From: Gracilinanus agilis
Lineage: Eukaryota
Direction: 5' to 3'
NCBI RefSeq assembly: GCF_016433145.1
Contig: NC_058130.1
Location: 132,853,214 to 132,917,213 of the forward strand
DNA length: 64,000 nucleotides
Part shown: positions 34,467-45,533 of the stretch, in pieces
How the letters are laid out: each line of letters starts with the position of its first letter
How positions within the stretch are numbered: the first letter of the stretch is position 1
Notes under the pieces: model-generated
What the model was told of the DNA's origin: nothing
Databases searched by the model: none
What the model saw: the letters and a program-made list of their open reading frames with translations, nothing else
Made by a program: the position numbers and the translations under genes

Positions 34467-34977
34467 CTTCCCTATCCTCCCCCTCCCACCATCCTTCAGC
34501 ATGGGCATTGTCAGAGCTGGCCTTCTAGGGCTTCTCAGCTAGGCCAGGGAAATACCAATTTCTTCCCCAGGGACCTAATCATTCTCCAGAGCTAAGGGCT
34601 GCCAGGAACCAATGGTCTTGAGGGAAGAGAGACCCAGGGCTGTCTGAAGGGTGTATAATCCTTTTTGAGTCACCACCATAATGGGATGCTACTTGGAGAA
34701 AGAACTTTCTTCCTATGGAGTAAAACTTTTTTTAAGATGTGTCAAGGGAAGCTGATGATCAGAGATGGATGTCACCAAGTTATAAAAAGGGTGTAGAGAT
34801 GTAAGAGGAAAGGTTAATGGAGACTGGATTTAACAAAGTGCCAGCCTTAGGGACATGTTGGGCTTCACCTCCAGAATGAACTAGTTTTCCTTCTTTTAGA
34901 CCACTTGGCCTGACCAACCACCCTTAGCAGGCAAAGGAAAAGCCACAGCAGCTAGGGCTTTGCTGGACATTTTTCAC

Positions 34978-35020
34978 TTCTGGGAATTTTGGTTCTTCCA
35001 AAATTTTGGTCTTCTAGGAA
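34978..35020. promoter_or_regulatory. Paired GAS/STAT motifs upstream of IL27
   Basis: TTCTGGGAA at 34978-34986 and TTCTAGGAA at 35012-35020. Confidence 0.45.
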
Positions 35021-35417
35021 TCTTACTTCCTTTCCTTAATACAGTTCTAACAGATGGGAACTTTGGGGCACTGCTTTAGTTAACAAGTGACTGTGTTCTG
35101 AACAGAGAAATCAAATTCAAAACTCTACTTCTCCCACACAGTCCCACGTTTTTCCTTGGGGAGAGGAAGCTTTAAAATTAATTATGACCTGAAAAGCTCA
35201 CCATGAAGCCAAGGAGGCCCTCTTTCTGGCTTCCTATTAGGGTGCCTGAGAATCCTCCTATTGGGAGACAGAAGTCCCTAACCTCTTTGGAGTCAGCTCC
35301 CAGGTAACAAAGCTCTTTCACCTTGGTATCACCTTGAAAATAGAAAGGATAACTCCCCATAACTTGACCTGTAGCACAAGGGAAACCATGGAATGGACTC
35401 CCCTGAATCAGCTAGGG

Positions 35418-35618
35418 CAGTGATGGGCAAACTTTTAAAAGAAGGGGCCAAAGGAAAGGAAATGCTCATCAGCCAGTCTGTTTCTAAGGCAACTCTTTCA
35501 AAGTTTCATTGCATTGTATCCTACTCATATTCGTCAGATTAGGAATAATGTTGCATGGTGGGACAGAACATTTCAAGAGGCTGCATCTGGCCCGAGGGCC
35601 ATAGTTTGCCCATCACTG
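35418..35618. mobile_element. hAT MITE (201 bp) with perfect 16-bp TIRs
   Basis: CAGTGATGGGCAAACT / AGTTTGCCCATCACTG; 8-bp TSD agctaggg/acctaggg. Confidence 0.9.
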
Positions 35619-36043
35619 ACCTAGGGAGATAACATCAAAGTCCAGTGTGGGTCCTTGAGAGGTTTGGAGCTAGAGGGGAGTGGGGATACATCTCTTTATA
35701 ACTGATGGGGTCATGGGAATGACACAGGACTTGTGGTCAAAAAATTCCAGCTCTACTCCCTGCTCACTACTTACTTCTCTGAGACCATGAACAATTCATA
35801 GTCCTCTGACTCTTAGTCTTATGTAGAAAATACGGATGTCCTATTTCACAGGGTTTTTGTGAGGAGCAAATGAGAATCATAGAGCCCTATATAAATGTAA
35901 GTTCTTATTATTATCAGGCCCAGGGCAGTCAGTAGAGTCAGGGGCAGGAGTGGAAAGGAGGTAAAGACTCACCTCCCTCTACCCCTCGAAGCACACACAC
36001 ACCCTCACAGACAACAGTGTGGAGCCTAGGGGCCCATGTGGAC

Positions 36044-36049
36044 TTTATT
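36044..36049 (-). terminator. Polyadenylation signal of the PITP gene
   Basis: Minus-strand AATAAA followed by a GU-rich element (ctgtgagggtgtgtgtgtgc); the terminal UTR exon probably starts at the acceptor at 37253. Confidence 0.7.
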
Positions 36050-37500
36050 ACTGTGCAGCGTTGACTCCATTGGCATCAGGAATGGTGGTAGGTCAAGTTG
36101 CCCCTACTCCCTGTGTCCTTTCCAGGCTTGAAAGAGAGCAACAGTTGTAGTGTTTGGCCCTGGAATGTTACTCCAACTCTCGGTCCCAGGTATCACTGGG
36201 AATGGGAAAAGCTCTTGAGTAGGAGATTATAGTGGGACAGAGCTGGAGAGGAGCAGACAGGAATCCATCCCATCGCTGCCACCCCACCCCAAAAGCAGCA
36301 GCTTCATTCTTTCCTCCTGCCTACTGGGTCGACACTGCACCAAATTCCCTTCAATTTTCCATCTCAGGGGCAGGTACCTGGGTGCAAGAGAGGAAGAAGT
36401 TGAGTAGGTAGGGTCAGGATGAGGGTTTGGTTTTTCCTAAGATGAATAACTCCCATCCATGTTTCTTACTGAACCTTTCCTAGATCCAATGTGACTTCCA
36501 AGTAAATCAAAGAATTCACATTCACAAATGCATACCAAAGAAAAGAGAGTGCTGAGATTGGCTGGACTAGCTAAATAATCAGTGTAATGATAAGTTTGAA
36601 ATGGGTTTGGGAAATGGAATTGATTAGGGGGCAACAAAGGAGAATAGTGAATCATAAGAAAATATTATGGAGTGTAAGTAGAAGGGAATGGGGACAGAGT
36701 TATGAGAACCAAGAGTGTCTGAGAGAAGGCCTGTCTTTCGGGCAGGCTACCTGAACAAAGAGGTTGGCTTTGGAAACCCTGGCAGACAGGGTCTTTTCTT
36801 CAGTGACTAGGAGACAGAGAACTTAGAAAAAGAGCTCTGTGTTTTGTTAAGGGCAGAAGCTGGGGGAATAAGTACAGACAAACTTCTCAGGGAGCAGGAC
36901 AGAAATGACCTAAGACATGAAGGGGCTGGTATAAGGGACATGAGAAGAATCTAGGTCTGGTAAACTGCAATTTTAGGGATTTCATTCCTTAAAAATTTTG
37001 TTCTCATATATGAACATTTAGTTTTAATGCTGGTTACTATGTTTGTATATTTTTAAAACAAAAACAATCTCAATCTATGAAATCTCTAAGACTTACCTCC
37101 TAAGATGGACAAGACTGCACACTGAAACTAGGCTGTGTACCTGCAATGACCAACCTGTAGATTCTGCACCCTGAGCATCCTCACACTGGAGTTAAAGAAG
37201 GCTCTTGCACTCTAAACAACTGGCCTGAATATGGTCCTGCTGATGACTCACTACTGAGGAGGGACACAGAGGAGATAAGGCACCAAGTTTTCAGCTCTGG
37301 ACAAAGAACCCCCCAGGTCCTTGGGTAGTGGTGTCGAGAACAACATAGGCACCAGAAAGAAGCCTGGCAACTCCCCAAATGGGACACCACTCACCAGCAC
37401 CCCAGCATGTTCTGAGTATCTCAAAAGCAGAGCTGGCACTTCCCCCTCCCACTGAGACCTTTCTAGGGTCTTCCTTACCTGCCCGGGTCTGGTTGAAGCC

Positions 37501-40500
37501 TCACTCATCACTGGCTGTCATTCCTCTCAATGGCCCCGTCTTCCGCATCTGAAAGCCAGGGCGAGATGAGAATGGAGGCTTTGGGAGCTAGTAGTGTTCG
37601 TGCTCACTATGAAATGGGATCTTGTCCCTACCATGTACCTTTCCCAGTTTTGTGACCACATCCCTCCTATTCCAGAGTGCCTGCTTCCCTGGGCTGAGTA
37701 AAGGCACATATCTAATCCTAATGAGCTTTTCTTCTTTCTCCTCTTACTCGTGACTCTTATTAGATATCTGGTTTTGGAATCCATGCCCTCTTTCTTTCTT
37801 ACTCAATCAACCTATAATCTGATCACAGGATTGTGTATCTAGAGAATCCAGGAATAATTCACTGGGAGTAGATAAAAAAAGCAAAATAAAAATGTGGATT
37901 CTCTGTTCCCAGGTTCTAATACATAGTTTTTCATCTAACTTCAGAGAGTATTTCTGGTGGGCTAACACAATAGTTCTTTCAATTATTCTGCAAAAAAACA
38001 CACAAGGGAATTGCTTTAATGGTATTTGAGAAGGATGCCCAAGAGCAGAGATTCTCTCTTCTCAAATCTCGCTGGGGACAGAACCAAAGGAATGGCACTA
38101 AAATTGTACTAGGAGGCCTATAGGTTGAACCAAACAGCTTGAGGGGTGGAACAGAGAGCCAGATTAATCATGAGTAATACATTCAAAGAACATTAGAACT
38201 TAAAAAGAGACCCTGAGGGTCATCTGGTCCATTTCCTTCATTTTCAGTGGAGGAAACTGAGGTGTAAAGGGCAGAGGCATGCTCAACAATGTGCAACATG
38301 TGATGTAGTCAAGATTAAAACCTAGGACTGCCAGGCCAGTGTTTTGTTTTGTTTTTTGTTGTTGGTGGTTTTTAATCTTTACCTTCTTAGAATCAATACT
38401 AAGTATCAGTTCCAGGCAGAAGGGCGGTAAGGGCTGGGCAGTTGGAGTGAAGTTGTTTATCTAGGGTCACATAGCTAGAAAGTATCTGAGGACAGATTTG
38501 AACCCAGGACCCCCTGAATCCAGACTCAATCCACTGAGCCACCTAACTGCCCCTAGCCAGTGCTCTATTTTTTTAAAACCCTTACCTTCCATCTTGGAAT
38601 CAATACTATGTATTGGTTCCAAGGCAGAAGAATGGTAAAGGCTAGGCAATGGAAGTTAAGTGACTTTCCCGGGTCACACAGCTAGGAAGTGCCTGAGGCC
38701 AGATTTGAACCTAGGACCTCTAGTCTCTAGGCCTGGCTCTCCATCCACGGAGCCACCCAGCTGCCCCATCCAGTGCTCTTTTTAATCACACCATATTACC
38801 TTATTTGATCTTTTTCTCTGAAAATATTCTTGGCTCAGCAGAAAACTCTTTCACATGGATTGGGTAAAGAATCCTGGACCCATCTGCCTTAGTTAGCACC
38901 CTTATTCCTCTAATTTAGAATATTCAACTCTTAACCTTAGAGTCAGACAACCTGGGTTTGAGTCTTTCCTCAGATATTAGCTGTATGACCATGAATAACC
39001 TCTGAGTTTCAATTTCCTCATCTTTAAAATGGGGATAATGATACTTATACTCCCTTATTCATTGGGCTGTTTTAAGAAAAATACTGTAAATCACACAACA
39101 TATGTATCAATCTTGCCTCTCTAGGTTGTAAGCTCCTTGAGGGCAGAGTAAAATCTTCATTTCTTTTCTTTCTTCACCACTCCCATTCAATTAATTAAAC
39201 ATTTATTGATTGCTTGTTATAAGCAAAATCCAGGAGATAAAAATACAAAAACAGGATGGTCCCCCTCTTTAAGTTGACATTTCAGTGGGCCCCTGTTTGA
39301 TGCTGAGATTATAGTAATGTCTCATCAATACCTGTTGATTGGTTGATCAGTTTTCCAAATTTTCTCTATCTACCCACCATGTTGAATAATTACCTGGTCC
39401 AATTCTCGCTGGGTCTCCTCCTCCAGGTTCCGGATATCCTCCATGGACAGATCAACCCACTGATCTAGCCAACAGAAAAGCTGCCTGTGGAAGTTGGTGA
39501 AAAGCCGCTTTTCTTGCTGTAGGGAGAGGGAGAGGGTTCTAAGAGAAGCAGGACAAATAATTTAAATGCAATGATCCACCCAACAACTTCATGCTCTAAC
39601 CCAATCCTCTAATGAATTTGTCACTAATAGTCTTGATCAGCTCCCTGGGCAAGAGCATCAACTTGGACCTGGTCCAAGAGATCTTTGCTTTTTGACTCTA
39701 CTGCCTAATTTCTCAAATTCCTGAACTCCAAGTTTCTGGACCTTGCCTTGTCTTGGAGTGTGCATGGTTCCCTAGGTTGGATGATGTCACACATCCAACC
39801 TTAAACAGCTTTCTCCACTTACTTGCAATCCTTACTAGGTATCTGGATTAAGAATTGATGCCTTTTTTCCTTTTTGTCTTATTAACCTTTACTCTGAATC
39901 ACAAGATTATATCTAGAGAGCACACAAACCCAGAAATAATTCACTTGGTGAAGATAAAAGAGCAAAATAAAGACGTAGTCCCAGATGGGCTTCCATTTAA
40001 CTTCTGATTTTATGCTACAATTCTTCAAGGCTTAAATTAGGGACATGATTCTCTTTTATATACCAAGAATGCCCCAAAGCCAACGTGGGACTTACCCACC
40101 TGTTCTACAACCACAGGATCACTCTCTGCCAAATGAGAAGCCACCAATTAGAAATGGGGGATTTAGGGTACTCTAGACCTAACTAAGTATTTGTGCACAA
40201 AACGGGAAGAAAACAAAAAGATCAATCACATGCTGGTTTTTCCTATCATTTCAAAAGGATAATATATTACTGTGAAAATGCACTAAGATGAGCCTATCTG
40301 TTATAGAGACCTAGGGTTCCATTCCTCCCAGGTTGGCCCAGTTCTAAAAGGTTTTACATTTTAATCCCAACCCTTTATGTCAAAGCCTGAAGCTTAATCT
40401 CCAAATCAGAACCCAAGGTCACCCTATCTACCTCCTCTAACCTTATGGATGAAGTTCTCCACTCGTCCCTGGAGCCCCCACCATCGAAACTTAACGGTCA

Positions 40501-43500
40501 CCAGTTTGTAGGCACACATGTGGGGCGGATGTTTCGTCAATTCCCTCTGTACAAACATATAAATGTTAACATAGTGCTAACCCAACAGTCCTTGTGGACT
40601 ATGCCTCTACTGGCCTTGCTCTGCCCAGCCTGGCCAGAGATAGGGGAAGGGTTTACCTGCCAATTAGGTCCCAAAGGGCCACGTCCTGTTTTGACAGACT
40701 TGAAGAGGGCAGGGTCCTCTTCTGCTTTATAATCCTGGAAGGCAGAGAGGGATCTGGGAAACTCCTTCCTCCTCCCAAAAGATTTTTAATCCCTTATTCC
40801 CAAACCTCTATCCTTCCTGAGTCCTAGGCACCACTCCTCCTAGCCCCTAGGTTTTCCCCATAGACCTCATTCACCTCATGAGACTCAATATTTCAATCTC
40901 TAGGCCCCAATTTTACTTCACCTACCTCATCAGACACCTGGGTCCTATCAGCAATGTCAATATGAACTACTTCCACCTCCTTCCATGTCTCTGCATCAAG
41001 ATGATGAACCTAAGGAAAAGGCAGAGAACAGGATACTTAAGCTGGGAGCAGATGATAGGGGTTGTGGGAAGTCAACAAGTGTTTAATGAGCACCTGCTAT
41101 ATGTGCTCAGCACCATAAGGAAGACAGAACCAAAAGGCACTATGCCCTCCAGGGACTTACAGTCTAGTAAAGATTATTCATTACAGGAAACAGCCATGAA
41201 TGATACAAGATGGGATATGTGTAACTAAGAGCTACATTATGTGGCAGAGATTCAGCATTCTACCTCCTCTCTGGAGAGGGAAGGCTACCATAGCAGGAGC
41301 TTGGTAACATCGGTCTAGTTCCAGCAGGGAACTGGTATGAGAAATACCAGTCAACCAACATGCATGTTTTGAGCACCTTCTAGGTGCTTAGCACTTCGGT
41401 GAGCTCTGTATGGGGACATGAGAGAAGTATGAGACATGATGCTTGCTCTTTTTACTGTGAGAGACTATCTACTACAGGTAAAACAAAAAGCAATGAAGTG
41501 CTAAGCTTCGGGAAGCTGATTATAAGTGATAAGGAGAGGATTTCAGAGAAGGCAGAGGTCAGAGATATAGAGAAGGCTTCCTAAAAAGGAGAGAGGAGAG
41601 GGAATTGTATGGGGGTAGGAGTGAGGAAGGACAGAGAGAGACAAAATAAAGGAGCAGAGCATGACTGGAGAGCCATGAGTAGACCTGCCAGAATGTAGTT
41701 TCTTTTGGACAATAGAGGATATAAGAAAGGACAAGAAGTAAATAGTACAGGAAACCCCTACATTCTCTAGAGGACAAACAATGAGGGTAGGGAATAAAGG
41801 GCTAGTGATTAAGATTCTTAGAAATGAAAACAGCTAGAAATCTAGGTGCAGGGGGAGGAGAACAAGAATCTATTAAGTACCATCTACACAATAGACTAAG
41901 AGTATGTTAAAAAGCTTTGCAAGTATTACCTCATTTGATCCTCACAGCAACTCTGGGAGATAGTTGCTATAATTATGTCCATTTTACTGTTAAGGAAACT
42001 GAGGCACACAGAAGTTAAGTGACTTGTCACCCAGTTAGTGTCAGAGGTTGAAACATGGGTCTTCCTAAGTGGCACTAGCCACTGTACCACCTAGATGAGA
42101 TTGATTTCACACTCACATTGTCCTGAGTCCCCATGTCTGGATGATGCCAGGTTTCAATCTTGATGAAGAAGTCATCCTTCATATATTCATTCTGGATACC
42201 AAAACAGAGGAAGACTTAGTGAAAGTTCAATATATATTTTCTCTAATCCAAGTCAGCCCTCCCCATTCTCTGACAACAGGGGCTCTTACCGTGATGACTA
42301 AGGTAGACAGCCGTGGCCAGATGGAAGGCAAGTAATTTTAGAGAAATAAAGAAAAAAAAGCAGAGATGGGGAAAACAATAGTAACAGATTAGAGCAATAA
42401 AACACAAGGGGCCTCCCAGCCACCAGTTTTCCCATCCCATTTAAGATGCCAGGACAGAAAGGGTCTAAATTTGGATCCCTAATGTTCCAGGACCCACTTA
42501 TTTTTTTCCCAACCCAGACTTCTAGCCCTTTCTTGCCCTTGCCCCTTAACTCTCCTCACCTGTACGGCAGTATGGGTAGGCATTCCAGGCCTTCTCATGA
42601 AACACCAGGGAACCCTCAGGGGCGAAAAGGCGAACAAATCCTGGAACCTTGCTGCAGTGCGGAAGGAAGCCAGGGTCAAGGGCCACATGTCTGGGACAAA
42701 CCAGAACCCCCTTCTCTGCCCCCCCCCCACACCCTGCCCAGGTTCTATGCCCCATCTGCCCTCACCTCTGCAGGTGGTAGATCTTGTGGGTAAATTGGCC
42801 CCGCTCACCAGGGCCCCCCTCGTAGGGCTGATTGATGAGGACCTCAATGCCCTCACCACCACCAGTGTTATTCTTGCTGGTCTGGGCCACAGAATACAAC
42901 TGTCCCACTTGATACTGGGCATAGAAACACAAAACAGCTAGGTGAGGAATGAACGGAGAGAAGAATTGGGGCAGCTTCCCTCTAGTCCCAACCATCTGGT
43001 GGGAAGACCCTGGGGAGAATTAAAGGTTGGGCGATAACCAGGGACTAGGGGGAGGGAGGGGTGGAATAGATACGAGATTCTCACCTCCTCCACGGAGCAG
43101 GGTAGTACCACCCGACTGTAAAAAAAATAAGAGACACTTAGCGAGGGGCGTGGGTGGGGGCAGCTGGGGAGGGCAGGCCCTTTCTTTTTGCATCCTTAAT
43201 TAGCATAAACAATTATTACTTCTAGCTGGTTCTACAGTGAAACAGGTGGGCTGTGCTAGCATGGTTGACCCCATTTTACAGCAGATGAAACTGTGGCCCT
43301 GAAAGGATAAAATGACTCTCCCAAAGACGCAGAACTGGTTACGGATTTGGGGCCAAGACCCCAGCCTCTTAGCCCGGGTAATCCGCTGCACGGCCCCGCT
43401 CCTGCCGTCCCGGTCCCAACCGGCACTTTGCACAACACCGACCCCCGATACCCCTTCTCCCATTCGGGCTCAGGGCCCCTACTCACAACTCCTTGATCAG

Positions 43501-43506
43501 GACCAT
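37501..43506 (-). CDS. Class I phosphatidylinositol transfer protein, PITPNB-like paralogue, 270 aa, 11 coding exons
   Basis: Exons 43506-43487, 43115-43085, 42914-42766, 42651-42560, 42297-42290 (8 nt), 42191-42117, 41009-40926, 40734-40657, 40546-40442, 39516-39394, 37548-37501 (exon continues to a donor at 37479); total 813 nt, no stops, all GT-AG. Protein [26 protein letters not shown]...FTHKIY...[14 protein letters not shown]...[16 protein letters not shown]...RQLFCWLD...[15 protein letters not shown]. No symbol given because it does not look like the PITPNA or PITPNB orthologue. Confidence 0.96.
38030..38150 (+). mobile_element. Possible CR1/L3 fragment
   Basis: ggggacagaaccaaaggaatggcactaaaattgtactaggaggcctataggttg resembles the CR1 3' region; by recall only. 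Confidence 0.45.
38356..38768 (-). mobile_element. Two tandem SINE1_Mdo-like copies in PITP intron 10
   Basis: Two consecutive minus-strand SINEs separated and flanked by a ccagtg(c/t)t-type target motif. Confidence 0.8.
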
Positions 43507-44070
43507 TTCGTTTCCAGTTTCTCTAATAGGGACCCCCCACCCCACCCCAGTCGGTGGACACCCCTCCCCCCTTTCCGGAAGCGGAAACTGGAGACCCTGC
43601 TCCCCAACAATACCGCTAGCTCCCAATCTCAATCATTTCCGCCCGGCGGTGGGCAGGGGCTAGGCGGCTTCGGTCTCGATGAAATGACATCATCCAAAAG
43701 GGCTCCAGAAAGCGGGGTGGGGTGGTGGGGTGTTGAGGACTGAGGCCACTCCTATCTCCCCACGTCCGCTCACCCCAGGCGCTAGAGAGAAGCGATCCTA
43801 GTCGTAGAGATCTGGCCCTCCTTGTAGAGCCACCTGCCAAATGCGGAGGACATCGTCAAAGAGAACTACTATTCCCAGTGGGCAATACGATACCCTCCTC
43901 CCCTGCCACTCCCAGGCTCCTGGTCTGGCATCTAGTGCTTGTCATGCTGGAAATTGTAGTTTTTTGGCGGGAAGGACCCATCAATTGCAAGGCCCCGCCT
44001 TAGGGGTGTCAGGGTTGAGGGTGTGGCCTGAAGGGTGATTAGAGAGCCTTGCCGGAAGTGCCTGTGGGGT
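43340..44070 (-). promoter_or_regulatory. CpG island/promoter of the PITP gene with two ZNF143-type motifs and ETS sites
   Basis: actactattcccagtgggca at 43865-43884; inverted actacaatttccagcatg at 43960-43943; ccggaag near 43577 and 44053; CpG-rich. Confidence 0.7.
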
Positions 44071-45068
44071 CTCACTGACTAGGAGAGGAATAGAAGTACT
44101 ACTTTGGAGTCAGAGGAGGTGGGTCCCAATTCCGTCTCTGACTTCTTATCTATGTGACCTCACTTTACCTCTTTGGGTCCAAGTTTATTCAACTGTAAAT
44201 TGAGATGAAAGAGTTGAATTAGTTGGCTTCTAAAAGACCTCCCAGTTCTACATCTTTGATCTATATTATTGAACTTGGAGTCAGGAATATTAATAAGAGC
44301 TGATATTACTATAACCAGTCACTGTGCTAATATAAAATAACAATACAATGGTGTATTGTTATTTTATGTGTATATATTATTTATATACATCATAAATATT
44401 TTAATACATATTTTAAATAAATTGTTATTTAATAATAACAGCCTTTTACTACATGCTGTGCTAAGCACTTTATAGTTATTTTCTCATTTCATCCTCACAA
44501 CAACCTTGGGAGGTAGTGCTTCCTATGGAATGATATGGGTAGACACCACAGATGAAATGATCTACATTTTACAGCTGGGAAATGGTTGGAAACAAAAAGG
44601 TTAAATGATTTAGCCAGCCTTATACTGCCAGTATATGTCTGAGGTCATATGTCACCTCTGGTCTTCCTGACTCCAGGTCTAGCATTCCATCCACCACATC
44701 ATCTAGGCATTTTACATTATCCTTATAATAATGTATGTAGAACACTTTCCATATCTTTATTATATTAATGAGTTATTACTATTATTACTACTACCTAACT
44801 TACTTGGGCCCTGTCTCATCTCTCCCTGTTGCTGTTTTTAGAGTCCAAGGAAAGGCATCCTCTCATTACATTTCTGTGCTCTAAAAAGTAGAATTTTAAA
44901 ATACCAGAACTTAAAAGGACAATATAGGCCTCACTTACAGATTGGGCTCCCCTACTACACCCACAGCCAGTGTCTACTTTCACAAATTCTAGTATTCTAT
45001 GGTATATCTTAAAACTATGGGTAAAAAGTCCCCACTGGTGAGCTTATATTCAGTAGCTAATCAAGACT

Positions 45069-45533
45069 CCGCCAAGGACGGTCCCAAGCCCGGCTGAAAA
45101 AGGAGGAGGGTTGGGCGTGAGGCTAGCAACCTCACCCCGTAAAAATCTCACTTGCTATAGAAACTGCAACCTCATTAAACCAACAAAACCAACGATCGCC
45201 TAGTCTGGAAGATTGCTCTCCAACAGAGTCCACAACGCGTGCTGGCAAAAGCCAACAAACTCCAGGCCTACGTCAAATCTTGAACATCAGATGGCCTGAA
45301 AAGATCTCCAATACCAGACTGGGAAAGAACAATTCAGTATCCCATCAGCCAGGACGCTATGAAAAAAAAAATATAGAACCCACCAGGGAGGAGAAAAGTG
45401 GGAAGGCCAAAACAGACCTGGCAAAGATATACCCAGTTGGTGGAAGTTGCCCAGAACAGAATCCGTTGGCATGAGATGGTTGCGGCCCTATGCTCCTCTG
45501 GGAGTCAATAGGAATAATAATAATAAATAATAA
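45069..45533 (+). mobile_element. Short RTE-clade-derived non-LTR element with TSD
   Basis: RTE-type 5' region (ggagggttgggcgtgaggctagcaacctcaccccgtaaaaa) joined to an RT C-terminal remnant (LNIRWPEKISN) and an (AAT)n tail; 11-bp TSD taatcaagact at 45058-45068 and 45534-45544. Confidence 0.8.

Noticed and set aside
37501-43506. Calling the PITP gene PITPNB, PITPNA or a processed pseudogene
   Set aside because: It has all introns and an intact frame, but its divergence and synteny do not fit either orthologue.
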